Positions 12,770 through 26,742 of a stretch of DNA of 64,000 nt are shown here, in pieces. Origin of the DNA: Camelus ferus. Its lineage: Eukaryota. Location of the stretch: contig NC_045696.1 of the NCBI RefSeq assembly GCF_009834535.1, positions 50,718,001 through 50,782,000 of the forward strand, read 5' to 3'. Positions within the stretch are counted from its first letter, which is position 1, and every line of letters starts with the position of its first letter. A program made the translations under genes and the position numbers. The notes under the pieces were generated by a model. The model did no database searches. It was not told the DNA's origin and saw only the letters and a program-made list of their open reading frames with translations.

Positions 12770-12960
12770 ACTCAACTGCCTTGTACTGAGCCTGCTGGCG
12801 GTTTACATACATAGTTTGTAAGCGTCCCAGCAATGCGGTGAGAGAGATATTAGTCCCATTTTACAGATAAGAAACTGAGACCCAAAAAGGCTAAAGTCAC
12901 CTGGCTCAGAAGCAGTGGCACTGGGATTCAGACCCAGGTCTAAGTCCAAAGCCTGAGCCC
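12770..12960 (-). mobile_element. MIR SINE relic
   Basis: cccattttacagataagaaactgagaccc...ctgggattcagacccaggtct. Confidence 0.75.
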
Positions 12961-13176
12961 TTGCCTGCACCTGACACTGCCCCTCCAGGTTACCTTCTGG
13001 GGACAAGGCCAGGATCGGGAATGGACCCAAGGGCGGCAGTGTTCTTCAGAGAAAGATCAGCTCCTCTCTGGGTTGCTCAGCTCTGAAGGCTGTCTGGGTG
13101 CTGTGCTTATGAGGAGGTCTTATTGTCAGTTTCTTGGGGGTGTCAGCTCATCTCCACATCCCTGCTCTTCCTCCAG

Positions 13177-13455
13177 ACGCAGTCCCTCAGGTCACTGTCC
13201 AGCCTTCTTCCACCGTCCAGAAGCTCGGGGGGACTGTGATCCTGGGCTGCGTGGTGGAACCGCCCTGGATGAACACCACCTGGCGCCTGAATGGGAGGGA
13301 GCTGAACAGCTCGGATGACGCCCTGGGCATCCTCATCACCCGTGGGACCCTCGTCATCACCACCCTCGACAACCACACCGTGGGACGGTACCAGTGTGTG
13401 GCCCGGATGCCTGCAGGGGCTGTGGCCAGCGTGCCAGCCAGCGTGACACTAGCCA
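13177..13455 (+). CDS. BOC: BOC coding exon 2, Ig1 (AVPQVTVQP...YQCVARMPAGAVASVPASVTLA)
   Basis: ctccag acceptor, gtgag donor, 279 nt, phase 1-1, Ig C...W...YxC motif. Confidence 0.96.
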
Positions 13456-14216
13456 GTGAGTACTGCTCCTCTGCCCCTTTCCGTGCCGCAGCCTCCTCCT
13501 CCTACCCATTCTCTCTGTCCCCCACCATTCAAACCCCCTGTCATTAGTCTTACCTTAAAAGGGGCCTTAAAAGCTGACATTTCCAATCAGAGAGCAGTGG
13601 CTGCCTAATATCCCCTGTGGCAGGGAACCTCTGTGCTCTCTGAGTAGAGGCAGAGTTGGAGTGAGTGTCTGGAAGGAAGGGAACTTGACATGGTTGAACT
13701 GCTCCTATGGGCTCTGGAGCTGGGCCATGCCGTGCCTTCCTACTTGGTCACCCTGTGGTCTTAGATGTGGTTGTGCCAACTGTTTGCCGCCCCCTCTGTC
13801 CCCCACACTCCGTCCTCACAGCAGCTGTAGACAGAGCATGTACAGGGCTACGCGTGGTCTGAACAGAACCTGCCCATTCACCCTTGGCCTCCTGCCTCTG
13901 AAGGACAAGCATATTCCAAATGCCTGGAGTATAAACAGTAGAACACAATGAAAAGGAAACTGTGACAAAGAGGTAAAGAGGAAGAGATCAGGTGACAGTT
14001 TGGTCCGAGGAGGATGCCAGGGGAAGACTTCCTACTACTCTTGTGTATAATTGCCACTTGGATATACTTCTGTGTCCAAGCTCAGCTCAGTACACACATT
14101 ACCTGATTTTCTGCCCATTGTACACGGAGGAAGTGAGACTTGACGGACTGAAGTCCCACAGGCCACAGAGCAGCGGGACACCTGGTCTCATGTGCGGAGT
14201 CTACAGCCAGGAAGCG

Positions 14217-14419
14217 CAGCTGACCCCTGAACGACGTGGGGATTAGGGTCGCCGGCCCTCCCGGCAGTCAGGAATCCGCACACAACTCACACAGGGTCTT
14301 CGGATCCTCAGGTCCAGCCAGCTGTGGGCCCGGTAGTGCTGCAGCATTCACTGTGAAAGAAAAATTCGCATCCAAGTGGACCCGTGCAGTTCAAACCTAT
14401 GTCGTTTAAGGGTCAACAG
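14217..14419. mobile_element. Tigger2a-like TcMar MITE
   Basis: TIR-like ends cagctgacccctgaacgac and gtcgtttaagggtcaacag; internal aagtggacccgtgcagttcaaacc. Confidence 0.75.
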
Positions 14420-17400
14420 CATGAAGAATTACCTCCCCTTTCCTGGTGGCCAAAGTGTAGGGAACAGAGAAACTTGAGAGTTTAATGGTATTTGGATTTA
14501 AACTTTGAGAAGATCTCCAAGCTTGTTCCCTCGTGACTTAGCAGTGCCCCTTATCCCTGCTTCTGTGTCACCATCATCCTCCCCCTCCCAGATGATGTGT
14601 TTCCAGGAGGTCGATGGCCTTCATGTTATGGGTCATACCTAAGGCAGCAGACCTCTAAAATGCTCCTTAAAAGTCAGCTGGAGTCCCTGGGGTGTGAGGC
14701 ACGAGTCCTGGGAGGAAAGTGGCGAGAGATGGGGAAGTAGAAAAGCAGGGGAGAAAAGACCCCTCCCTACTCCCTGATCCCAGGGCCCTGGAGGGACTTG
14801 ACCGCATGGAAGAAGAGAGTAGAACGGAGGCCGCTACAGCATTCCTGTTTTCCTGGGGAACCGTCACATGGCCCTGCCCTCTTCTCAGAAGAGGGAGGAA
14901 GGCAGGGTGGGTCCCCAGTTACTTCCCTAGGGGCTAGGCCGAGCCTGGGCTGCATCTCAGAGCCCCCCTCACTCCCACAGGGGAGCCCCTTTCTTTTGCG
15001 GCAGCGGGAGCACTACTGAATCTGAGTGCCAGGACTCTGGGGAGTGGGCTGTGAGCACAGCTCAGCGAGGGTTGGCAGGCCCTGGGCCTCCCGCTGCGCC
15101 CTCCCCTCCCGCTGTGCCTGCTGGGGGTGGTGCCGGGAGACTTGGGTGAGGACATAGCAAGAAGGGCTGAGCTCAGAGCTATACTTGTTACCATACTACT
15201 TCTCTTACATGTCTCAAAATTATAATAAAATGACACCATAGAAGGTTTAGAATATATAGAAAATAATGTCTCCCCACCAGCCTCCCACCCTCGCACAACC
15301 ACCGTTATTGTTTTGGAGTGTGCCCTTCCAGTCTATCCATACCTGTGTGTTTACACTACTGAGTATATTCTTTATATCCTTACTCTCTTCCCTTTGACAC
15401 TGTATGATAAGCGTTTTCCATTGGCCATATGGCCATATTACCATATTTTTCTTGAGTATAAAATGCATCTGGTAAAGTACACAGAGTGCCCTCATCTTAA
15501 GTGAACAACCTGATGTGTTTTTCACACGTACATCCCATGTAACCATCCCTCCGGCAGACTCCTAGTTACCGTCCCCCCACCCCAGCCAGAGCAGGAGCAC
15601 AGTTATCACAGCCCTAGAACATCCCCGAGTGGCTTTACCACAATGTGCTGAACCCTCTTCCTAGGGCTGGGCCATCAGGTCGCTGCCAGTTGTTCATTAT
15701 TACAGATAAGATGTGCCTTTTTGCAACCTCTGTCCCTTTAAAGGATGACGTTGCTCATCTGGGAGGCTTGCTCACCTGCAGGTGGTCAGCCCTCGTCTGT
15801 GAAGACTTGGGAGACTCCAGCATTCTCTGCCTAATCAGGAGGCGGGCTGGACCTTTCATTGTTTGGAAGGAGAGCTGGAGAGGAGAAGGTTTGTTTTGGA
15901 GCCCTCCTTCTACTCCAAGGTGTATCCATGTGAGGAGAGACGATTTATAGCCTTTATTTTTAAAAAATTCCTGGCCATTCTTTCTCTGGTGTTTGAAGGG
16001 ATCTGAAGTTAGCAGTGAGGACAAAGGGACGGGTTTGGTTGCAGCCCAAGAAGGCACGGTGAGAGAAGAGGGGGCTTGTGCAGGAGCCGAGGCGCGTCTT
16101 GTTTGAAAGCCAAGAACTATTGGCTTGTCATTGAGACATGAATCAGAAGGGAAATGTTTGGGCCTGACCAGAAGAAGGATGGAGGAGTGCTGGAAATGCA
16201 GAGAGCGGGCTTGGAGGGCACTGTGTCCTGGGGAAGGGGGAGCTGGTGGAGTGGAACCACCACCTCCCAGACTTGGAGGAGGCAGTGCCGGGGTGGCAGG
16301 AAGGCGGGAGAAAGGGGTGCTGTCTTTGGGTTAATGCCATGGGGGATTTGGCCCAGGCTCAGCAGCTAGATTAAGTTTCCGAAAGCACATTCCTGAGCAG
16401 AATGGGGGCTGTGTTTTGCTAGTTGGCTGGTGTGCGAGAGAGGCTGAGTGGTAGAAGGGATTACCGAAGGCACGGTCTGCATGGCGGGGTGAGGCCGGGC
16501 AGCGGCGTGCCGGCGCACACGCACGTACACACGCACCCACACCCACACTCAGCATTGCAGGCTTCCTTTCCCTCCTGCCTCTCCCGCGTGCGTTCAGATG
16601 TTCATCCTCAGACAAAGCACTTCTGTTTGGCCTCCCTGGCAGGACGCTGTTCCCTGTGTCTTAGTGAACTCTTAGAGATCACTGGGGGCTTTCAATGATG
16701 GGGGCAGGACCTGGCTTGAGGATTCAGGGGAGTGGAGGGGGCCTCTAGCAGAACTTTCCTGGTCCAGACCTCCTTCATCTGATGCTGGGGGTGCACTTGA
16801 ACTTCACCCCTGCCTGGTGACGTCAGCTCTGTTCTTCAGGTAAAGGGGAACGACCTGAAGTCTCACCAGTGCGCTCCCGCCCTCTCCTCCTGGTGGTCCA
16901 CCCGGGTGGTCCACGTGGAGAACTGCTGCCTTCGCTCTCTGGGAAGGTGTCCTTCCCACTCTCCTCTACCTGGAAATTGTTTTTCCGGTTTAACTTAAAC
17001 TTTATTTGTGGTGAATCCCTCTTGCTGCTGCTGTGTCCCTTCAGACCGTCTTGTCTAATTCTGGCTTTTCGAAATGCTCCAGCTTTGGTCTCCTTTCTTC
17101 CTCTTACCTCTCTTTTCACAAGCTTCACACCTAAAGGCCAGCCACTCAACGTGACTCAAAGGTTGCCACTCTGTGCACCTGAGCCAACAGCAGACACTGC
17201 CCTCAGCACCATTTTCCTTGCCCCTGGACCCCGAGTCAGCCTTGGAATTGTTCTCCGTGCAGCAGAGCAAGAAGCCACCACCAGTTCATCAGAGCTGGCA
17301 TGCAGCGTGAAAGCTGTTTTCCGTCCCTCACCGCTGGTCATCTGCCATTCAGATAAATTCCTAATAATCCTTCATTTTCACCCTTTTTTTTTTTAAATTA

Positions 17401-18564
17401 ATTCTCCCAGTTATCCATTATCCCTAGGTCCTAGTCAGAGGTGAAATAAAATAGGCAGTAACTGGGCAGTAATTCTGCATCTGGGAATTTTAGTTCACAG
17501 ACTAATGCGAAGTCTTAAGCTGATGCTGTTTAACTGAGAGTGGATCTAACCCCTCTGTAAGGTCTTTAAGCACGAGGACCAGTCACGTTCTCCTGGGTTA
17601 TCCTCTCTCTGGCATCCAGGATCAGGGGCAAGGCAGCTGACAGGAAGGGAAGGAGTTCCCCTCAGGCAGCTGTCTCCATGACTCTGTGACTTTGAGGAAA
17701 GGTCAGAAGGTGACAGGGGCTCTTTGTTACCATAATTTAACCCATGAGAGAAATAGAGCCAAGCTGGTATGGTGGAAAGAACAAGAAACTTAAACCTAGC
17801 ATCTTTTTTTCTTAAGTTTTAACTCTGCCGCTTACAAGTTAACATGAGGTTGGGCAAGTTACTTAATCTCAGATTCTCACAGCTGTGAAATGAGCACAGG
17901 AATGATTATACCATCAGTCGTACAGGTTTTTTTTTCCTTTGAGAATCAAATGAGAATCTAAGATAGTAATTTTTTGAAGGATTTTATAAAATCCAGGTTT
18001 TATTTATTGATGCATTTGGTCAACGCACGTGTGTAGTGTCCTTCTGTGGGAGGCTCTGGGGCCTGTGTCCAGCCCTGTGCTTCCCAGTCCATTCTGGGGG
18101 CAGCTCTTGGGAAGACAGTCCAGGGGCGGCACGGTTCCCAGTCCCCGCCACAGGAGAGAGGACTGGCTTATCAGGAAGAGACCAGACCCATTTCCTGTGA
18201 ATTTCTTATCTCCCTCTGTACATGTGTTCTCCAACCCAGGTTCCCACCTGCCAGCTGCCTCTGAGAGCCGCCGTGGTGTCACTGCATTGTGTGTTGTCAC
18301 TATAGCCACAGAGCTGCCCACTTATGCCTTTGTTGGTTCATGGTCGCTTGCTCTTGCAGTGTTGGTTTGTGCTGGCAGGCTGGGCTGACCCTGGCCCTCG
18401 GCGTGGTGAGTTCCACAAACAGGAGCCTCGTCTCTTCTGACTCAGCTCCCAGCTGTGGTTCCCATCACTCACTTCCTTAAGGTTTTCTGCACTAGGACCT
18501 TGAATTAGGACAGGCCCTGAAGGACTGCTGTCCACATTAAAATATTTCTAGCTTCCTTTATCCC

Positions 18565-18888
18565 TGTTTTAGTCAGGATTCTCCAGAGAAGCAGAACCAA
18601 TTATTATATATATGTTGTGTGTGTGAAATGTACACATACATATACTTATATATAATTATATACATACATGTAATTTTATGGAGAACATACATATACAGTT
18701 TTGTGTGTGTATACACACACACACACACACACAGATATACATGTAGATGGTGAGAGGTAAGGAAAGGGGAATAGAGAAAGGGAAAAAGGGGGCAGAGAGA
18801 GAGATTTCTAGTAAAGAATTGGCTCGCCTGATTGTGGAGGCTGGTAAGTCCAGAATCCACAGGGAAAGCCAGCAAGCTGGAGATGCAC
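18565..18888 (-). mobile_element. MLT2-like ERVL LTR fragment with an embedded (TA)/(CA) microsatellite
   Basis: tgttttagtcaggattctccagagaagcagaaccaat...aagaattggctcgcctgattgtggaggctggtaagtcc. Confidence 0.75.
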
Positions 18889-21707
18889 GAGTCCCCCTGG
18901 GGAACCGGCGAACTGTCTGTTCTCTGGCCCTGAGTTCACTATCTGGATGTTCTGGAGACTGGCGTCCTGAGAAGTGGGGAGTGTTTAGAATTTCCAGCAG
19001 AGCACAGGAAGACCTGGTCCCTGCCATGGAGGCTCTCCCAGACTAATGGAGAGGATAGATGCAGTCACGTGTGAGCCATAAAGCAAGTCAATCAGAGCTG
19101 TGAGTTGCCTAACAGAGATGTAAACAGATTTTAATGGGAGCTCAGGCTAACAGTGATTCACTTCAATTTCAGGGCATTGAGGAAGACTCAGAGTTGAGCC
19201 TTGAAGAATGTGTGTGGAGCAACTTTTATTTCTAATTATTTGAGTCCTCATGTATCTTCCTCAGACTTTCAACAACTTGAGTTCAGCCCTCTACATTGTA
19301 TACTTAGACCTAAGCCCAGTGCAGTTTCTGAGATGGTGCAGATACTTCCGTGGTGAGTTCAGTCAAATCAGAGAGGGTGGGACGGCTTTGGTGGTCACCA
19401 CTGCTGTTAGGAATACGTAGTTCCCAGGTGTGTGGGCAGGAAAAGTGGGAACCACTATGGGCCCCACTGGCCCAAAGACAGTGCCCCTGCCTCTCCCACC
19501 TAGAATTCTGGTTTTAAGGGCCACACTGAAGTGCTCGCCTCCATCTTCTCCCCTCTCTCTTCTTGTGCAGGCAGCCAGCCTGCCAGAGACTGTGCCGGGA
19601 TCCAGCTCTGGCTCTGATGAGTCCGGACCACCAGGATTCACATTAATTTTCCCATTGCTAAGTTTATAGTTTAGATTTGGTTGATCAGAGAAATATGTGT
19701 GATGTGGGTTGTTGGCAAGTAAATCTTTTTTTCCCTTCTTCTCTCTTTCCTCTGTGTATTTTTTTTAAACCATTTTATTCCTTCAGCTAGTCCAAAAGAA
19801 ACTCCCCAGTTCTGCTAACCAGCCCTACCTCATAGCAGCACTGAAGTCAGATAAATGGGATGGGCTACAGACATCTTCTCTGTTCATCTGGCTGCCAGAC
19901 TCAGTGGAGAAATGGCTCCCATCCTTGACTTGTTTTCAAGGATTAATAACATTTCTCAACCTCATATGTCTTTTTAAAAAAAAATTTTTTTTAATTGGTT
20001 CAAGCCAAGAAATTCCTGAAGCATTAGGCCAGTTTATTGCAAATCATTTAATGACATTGTAAACTAGGTTCTTTTTATTTTCCCCCTTTCTTCTATGCCC
20101 TGTCTCCTCTCCTGCCCACCTCCAGTTATGACTTTGATCTTCTGCCCTCCTCCCCCTAGCTCTTTCGTCTCTTCCCCATCCTCAGCTTTCTCCCATCACT
20201 CACATCTAGGTGCACACCCCACCTTAAAGGAAAAGAAACACAAGATTCAGGGATGAATGTGTTTGGCATCTGCAAAGGTTTTTTTTCTTTTCTCCATGGA
20301 AACTGTTTTTATTTAAATAGAGAGCCTGCCTTGCTTTCATCAGAAAGTGTGTTTGAGAAATTGCATGTCATGTTTCCATGGCTGTCAGGAGAGAGCTCTG
20401 GAGCCAAAATTATTTGTGCAATTGAACAGGCAGAAGAAAGTCCCAAAGAGAGCAAATGTATTTATCCACGCTTCCGGCCTTGCAAAGGATGGAGAACTCA
20501 CTCTGCCAGGCCCCTTTCTGAGTTGCTCTGGAGCTGGAGGTAACCGAACGCTGATGCAAGTGGCAGGGACTATGCTTGGGGAAACCACTCTTGCCAGTTA
20601 CTGTACCCTACCTTGTGTGTTGCTTTTAAGTGTTTTTTCTATTAGAGTGAAGCTCCCAGTGGTGAGGCACTATGTCTGTCTTCTTGATATCTCCTGCAGC
20701 TCCTGGCTGGCTGAGTGAATGAATCAGTGATGCCTGGAGTGATGGTATTGTGCCAAACGCCAACTCCAGAATCTGCTGATTTTGCCCAGCCTTGTGGGCT
20801 ACAGTTGGATTTGACTTCAGTGGTCTGTGTGCCAGAGCTACAGACGGGTAATAGGCTTAGTCACTACCCAGGATGCGCGGCTTCTGAGATGCCTGCCCAT
20901 CCCCCAGTAAACCCTGTCTGCTCACCGGGAGCCAGGCATTCCCACCTCTAACGGGAAGCACTGTCAGGCTCCAGCCTCCACTCCGCTCCTGCAGTCAATC
21001 AGATGGTTTTCCACTTGTAGAGCACTTTAGTTCAGGGGTTGATCTTGGGGCCATGCCAAGCCACGGCTGCTCAGGTGACTTGGAGATCAAGAGTTGTGCT
21101 GTGATTCTCTGCCCATCAGGGGGCAGTTCAGGGCACAGGAGCACCCCAGCATTGCCAGAGGCCACACGAGGAGGCAGTCCCTCGGCCCCTTCACTGGCTC
21201 AGATGCCACCTCCAAGCCCATCTGTAAAGCAGTGAGCTGCAGGCTAGTTTTACTGCCCTTGCACCTTTGCCATCTTTCAGAAAGGTGCAGCGAAGGGCCG
21301 CAGGGTCAGCACATCACTGAGGAGTCCTCCATTAGGGCGAAATATTTCTGTGCTTTGTAACTGTAGCCCTAAAGACGCAGCAAGCCAGCACGGGGACAAT
21401 CTGAGGCCTGGAGGCCAGGAGAGTTAGGGAGCGGAATTGTCACTCAGCCCAGAAACTGGGCGATAGCCACAAGGCTGCTGAGCTGCCTGGGCCACTCTGC
21501 CAAGTGAGCCCAGTGCGGTGCTCTGCAGCCCGGGGGACCCCATCCAGGCTGCAGCAGATGAGCGCAGGCTTGTCTGGGAGCCCTGAGAATAGGCAGGAGG
21601 GTAGGGCAGGGCCGACTAGACACGAGAAGTGCCTGCCTGGGTTGAAAGCCAAAATGTTTTTAATCATTCAGCCACGTTCATGGAGATGAAGATGCTGGGA
21701 ATGCCAT

Positions 21708-21866
21708 TTTTTTAACATTTTTTTTTGATTTATAATCATTTTACAATGTTGTGTCAAATTCCAGTGTAGAGCACAATTTTTCAGTTATGCATGAACATAT
21801 ATATATTCATTGTCACATTTTTTTCTCTGTGAGCTACCGTAAGATCTTGTGTCTATTTCCCTATGC
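21708..21866 (-). mobile_element. Young L1 3'-end fragment
   Basis: Reverse complement closely matches about 7115-7270; poly-T end. Confidence 0.85.
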
Positions 21867-22412
21867 CTGACTTCCTTCTTGAATGGAATTGAACTTTAAG
21901 TTGCAGCCTAAGGTAAAACTCAGGGAGAAGAGGATCAAATGAGGAAACTCCTTGAAAGTAATTATTAGGTTTATTGATGACACTGGGAGCATTTTGCTGA
22001 GGCCTGTAAAGTCTAAAAACTGGGGGATGAGCCTGCAGTTAAGATGTGACCATGTTGTGTTATGAGAATGCACAAATGTACATGAAATACTGTCATTTAA
22101 TTCATAGATCGGCTGAAGGAAGGACCAAGGCTAGAAGGTGGTGAGAGAGAAATTCAAAAGGGGGTTCAAGAAAAAGCTTGTCAATTTGTAGTTTCACATA
22201 TGATCCTGGTGATGGCAGGCATACCCACACGCCTCTAAAAGTGTTTATTTTCTTCGTCTTTTCCCCCACGGCCAAGAAGGTAGGAGCCTGATGTATCCTA
22301 GGCGTGAAGAGGAATCTCAGAGCACATTGCATGGTTTGTGTCTGAACAGATCCCTGTAATCTGTGTATCCAGTGGTCCTACGGAAGAGATGTGTCAGAAG
22401 ATACACATTCCA

Positions 22413-22491
22413 GGGGGGAGGGGGAGCTCAGTGGTAGAGCATGTGCTTAGTATGCACAAGGTCCTGGCCAGGACCTCTGTTAAAAAAAAAA
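22413..22491 (+). mobile_element. vic-1-like SINE lacking the B box
   Basis: agctcagtggtagagcatgtgcttag, poly-A, 15-bp TSD agaagatacacattc at 22396-22410 and 22492-22506. Confidence 0.88.
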
Positions 22492-24129
22492 AGAAGATAC
22501 ACATTCTGTTAAGAAATTGAGTGCTTAGAAGGAAAGGAACTGGGCAGGGTTTGGTATGGAGTCTGAGATGTTAGGGCTTTCTCAGAAAGCACAAAGTTCT
22601 GTGACTAATAAAGCAGGTCTGTAAACTGCGAGATGATGGCCCCAAAGACCAGGGCTTCTGACCTGGTGAGAGCTGAGAAACAAGAGTGGGCCTCCTGGCA
22701 TTTGATTAGTGCAGGGAAGTTAGTAAAATCACTGGAAGAATGCACAAAGAGAGGATACAAAAGAGGGGTCTGAGGGAAGGTAAGAGGATTAAAGCTGCAA
22801 AAACATTCCTCTAATGGATTTCTCAAACACACCAGCCAACAGGCAAGGGCAGGTGTCCTGTCAAACCGTTTCCCCTGTGAAACCGGATACCACTCTGCAT
22901 CGAGGCCTGCTAACCCCATTTGTAACCGAAGGGCCTGCCCCTTATTCCCAGCGAGGCACCCTGAGCAGCCCAGGGGATTCGCCAGGAAACCGGCTTTGCA
23001 GACAAAGGGGCCTGGGAACAGGCTGGTTTCCTTCATATGCAGCCAACTAGATCTCTGCATCTGCCTCTCATCTGGTGGCCGAAGGGGCTGTTATTGATCA
23101 CGGAGTCTCTTCCCCTCCCTGGCCTCCTTCCTGCCCAAAAATACTAGGAAAGGGGGTGCTCTGATTTTCAGATCATTCATCACTTCATTACTCTGCCTTT
23201 GATCCCTTAGTGAAACTCAACTTTTGCTCCAGCAGCCAAATTGGGAGTATTTGTCTAGTGAAGCAACTGCTAAAGCTTGAGCTCGGGGTTGGGGGTTGGG
23301 GGGACAGGGCCAAGGACCAAACTGCTGCTTATTTGTTTTGAAGCCAGGAGCCTTTCCTGCTAGTCGGCCCCTGTGGGGAGCTGGAAGCTCAGCTGGGGTG
23401 TCCTGGGTCCTGCCCTCATGGGCTGTTGTGCACATGTTGGCATCAGAACAGAGGGGCCGTCTGGCTGCATGGCTGACCGGTGCCCAGCTTTGTGCCTCCC
23501 CCAGTGCATAGCCCGCTGTCTCCAACCAGGCAGTTAATTGTCAGTGCAGAGGGGCCAGGAGGAGCTGCAGGGGTGCGCAGTGTTCTCTAGCATTGGGTCA
23601 GTGAGGTGGGTACACGGAGGAGCACGTGCTCTGTTCCTGGGTAAGCCTTCAGTTACCACGGGGCAGGAGCCTAGGGGCGGCGATGGCATTCTGATGCCAG
23701 ACTTCCTTTCAGTTGCTCACATCTTTCCGGCAAAATGATCTGTTAGGTTTAAGTATATTCTGGCTGGAGGCAGATTTTCTTGGAATGAGGTAAAGAAAAG
23801 GAGGAGGGTAAAACGAAAACTCAAAAACTCTTGGTGGAGTAGTTTTAGATTTATTAGACCGTGACAGAGAGTGCTTCTCAGCGACTGAGGAATTTTCCAG
23901 CTCACCATCGCTCACTGCTGGCTTCGTGGGGAGTCTCTGACTTGGCAGGTACTGCGTGCAGTGTGCTAAGGAGAATGAAGGCCTTTGCATGGTTGAAGCG
24001 CTTTGCTTTTGAAAAGCAGTTAGCGATACTCAGCTAGAACACACTGAGCCCAGGCAGGCCACCCTTGCCCAGAGTCCAGCTCTTCCTCCTCTCTGAGACA
24101 AAATGCACTCTCTCTCTTGGCTGAGGGGC

Positions 24130-24313
24130 TCTGCCAGGACTGGACTCCATATTTTGTGTGGCCCACTGCAAAATGAAAACATGAGGTCCCTTGGTCAGAT
24201 ATCATCTAGAATTTCAAGATGGTGACAGCAGAGTGTTAAACCAAGTGTTGGCCTCTTCCAAGCGCAGGGCCTGGTGCAGCTGCATCGGCTGCGTGCCCAG
24301 AAAGCTGGCCTTG
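24130..24313 (-). mobile_element. MER91A-like hAT element
   Basis: ggcccactgcaaaatgaaaa...agaatttcaagatggtgacagcagagtgttaaaccaag. Confidence 0.7.
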
Positions 24314-25832
24314 GGCACAGAATTCCAAACTATCCATTCAACAAGGTCTTAATGAGCACTTGGTATGTCCTGAATACTGTGCAGTGGGACTTGGGGTTGG
24401 GGCATGGAGTGCAAAATTAATAGGCTGTCCACCAGGAATTTGCAATTTCATTGGGGTAAGACATCACAAACACCAAATTAAATAACAAAATAATTGTTTA
24501 AAAGCCCAGAAGGTCCCATACCCACTCAAAGGAAGAAGTGCGTGCAGACCGCGCCTTGACCCACAGGAATCACTTGTTCAGCCTGGAAAGTGAAATGGGG
24601 CCACAGAAATGAACCAGGTATTCTGTCATTGTTTTTGCCACACCACTCCGTGAACAGTGTGGATTTCGTATTCCACATTTATTAGGCCTATTTTATCCCT
24701 TTCCTGACCTCCTGAGTAACCTCTCAAAAAATATTCTATTTTCAAAATAGCCACACTTAGATAAAGGTTGACTATCCTTGGATAAAAAGTTCATAGAAAA
24801 TCTGTTGTGCTAGGCCCTGGAGCTCATAATGTAGACCCAAACTCAAATATGAAATTTGAGTTCATAGACAGCATGGATGGGCATTTTGTACCTGACTTGA
24901 GGGGCCCAGCTCCAAGATAAATTATTCATCCAGTCATTCAACATTCACTGAGCATCCCCTAGGTTCAGAGGACACATGTATGAACAAGACTTGGTCACTG
25001 CCCCTAAAACATTCACAACTGAATATTGTTATCAAAGGACAACAAGCCTTTCAATAGAAACAAAAGGGCTTTCCTGCCCTGGCTGGCTTGACTGAGAACT
25101 TCAGAAACGTTCCATTAAGTGGGAAACCTCCTGACAGCACGGAGTGCCTGGATCACCAGGCTCTCCTGTGGTGACAAGAGTTTGTTCTTGGTGATTATGT
25201 CATGCCTCCTGGGAGAAACCTGATTCCCACCGGCTCCCGTTGCCTTCTCTGGGAACCAGCCACACAGGCAGGTGGAGTCTTGCGTGGAATTGCAGTTCGC
25301 TGTGATGGTATCATTCTCAGGAGCTGAGAATGTGGCGTGGTCAGCATTCAGACAGGGTGCCTCCAGGGCTTTCTAAGTACCTTTGTGGAGAGAGTGTCTG
25401 TGTAAATATTTTCATTTCTCTTATCTTATTCTCTATTAGTTTTATTTCCTCTCTTAAATTAAATTCAGCTCCAATCCTGAAAACCAAATTTGGAATGTGG
25501 TTTTGTTGCACAAATGGCCCATTTGGTTTAGCAGCATCAGTGATTTGGCTCAAACAAAGAGAATTTTGTTGTTTGGACTGTTGGATTGTTTGGGAAACAT
25601 CCTGCTTTTGTTCCAGATGGCTCTCCATCGTCTCCCATTTAAATCCCGTCTTCCTGCAAAGAGTCAAGTCAGGAGAGACCATAGCCTGTGTCAGGACCCT
25701 TGGCTCCCCCATATCCCACTGCCATTAAGCCACACTGGGGGCATCCCTCTTTGCCTTAGAAAACACTTTGGGCATACACAGATCCCCACCCCCAGCCCCG
25801 AGAAGGAATCAGCCATGACAAGGCACAGGGCA

Positions 25833-25989
25833 CAGTCGGCTCTCTGTATCTGCAGAGGGGAAGCCCGTGGACACGGAGGGCTGACTGAAATCACTGTACC
25901 CAATTTCATGTAAGGGGCTGGAGCATCCGTGGATTTTGTATCCACCGGGGTGCCTGGAAACAATCCCCAAGGATACAGGGGGAGGGCTG
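25833..25989. mobile_element. Tigger-family MITE (MER2/MER8-like)
   Basis: TIR-like ends cagtcggctctctgtatc and gatacagggggagggctg; internal gagcatccgtggattttgtatcc. Confidence 0.65.
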
Positions 25990-26595
25990 CACAGTTCCTG
26001 GGTGACAGGAATCAGCCTTCTCGTTGTAACTGTGGTTGGCAATTGAGTGGAATCTCTGGCCTTTCACTTTTCCCTGTGGATGTCTGAGAAGAACTAGGGA
26101 AGGCTGTTCTTGACTGAACTGGGGAAAAGACATGAGCATTCTCTTTCCTTGTTCCTTTCAGTCTCCATGAGCTGAGCCATGCCAGGACATTTGTGCCATG
26201 ACAATAACCCATTTTCTGCCAGGTTCGGTAGGGCCAGTGGGCCTGGCCTACTTACACACAGCACCCCCACCCATGTCAGGTCACAGAAGAGAACTGGTCT
26301 GTGTCACAGGCACCACTTGATGGAATTCTCTGCACACCCCCACCCCCAGGCTTATGTGCACCAAGCTGAACTCCCATGCCATAATGTGGGCTCACGGTCC
26401 CTTCTGTAAACTCCTCGTGACAACAGAAGGCTGGAAGGAGGACTCTGAGCACCCCTAGAGGGCCCTTGGAGTGTGAGGTTCTTGCAGCTGCTGATGGTGA
26501 CTAAAGACACCAGGGCACAAGCCCACCCCGAAATGTTGCATCACCTGCCTCTCTCTTCCGTCGAGACCCAGCTGGCCCCTGCCCTCTCTCTGCAG

Positions 26596-26742
26596 ATCTC
26601 CAGGACTTTAAGTTAGACGTGCAGCACGTGATTGAAGTCGACGAGGGGAACACGGCGGTCATTGCCTGCCACCTTCCTGAGAGCCACCCGAAAGCCCAGG
26701 TCCGATACAGCGTCAAACAGGAGTGGCTGGAGGCCTCCAGAG
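26596..26742 (+). CDS. BOC: BOC coding exon 3, N-half of Ig2 (LQDFKLDVQHVIEVDEGNTAVIACHLPESHPKAQVRYSVKQEWLEASR)
   Basis: tgcag acceptor, gtgag donor, 147 nt, translated by hand. Confidence 0.95.
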
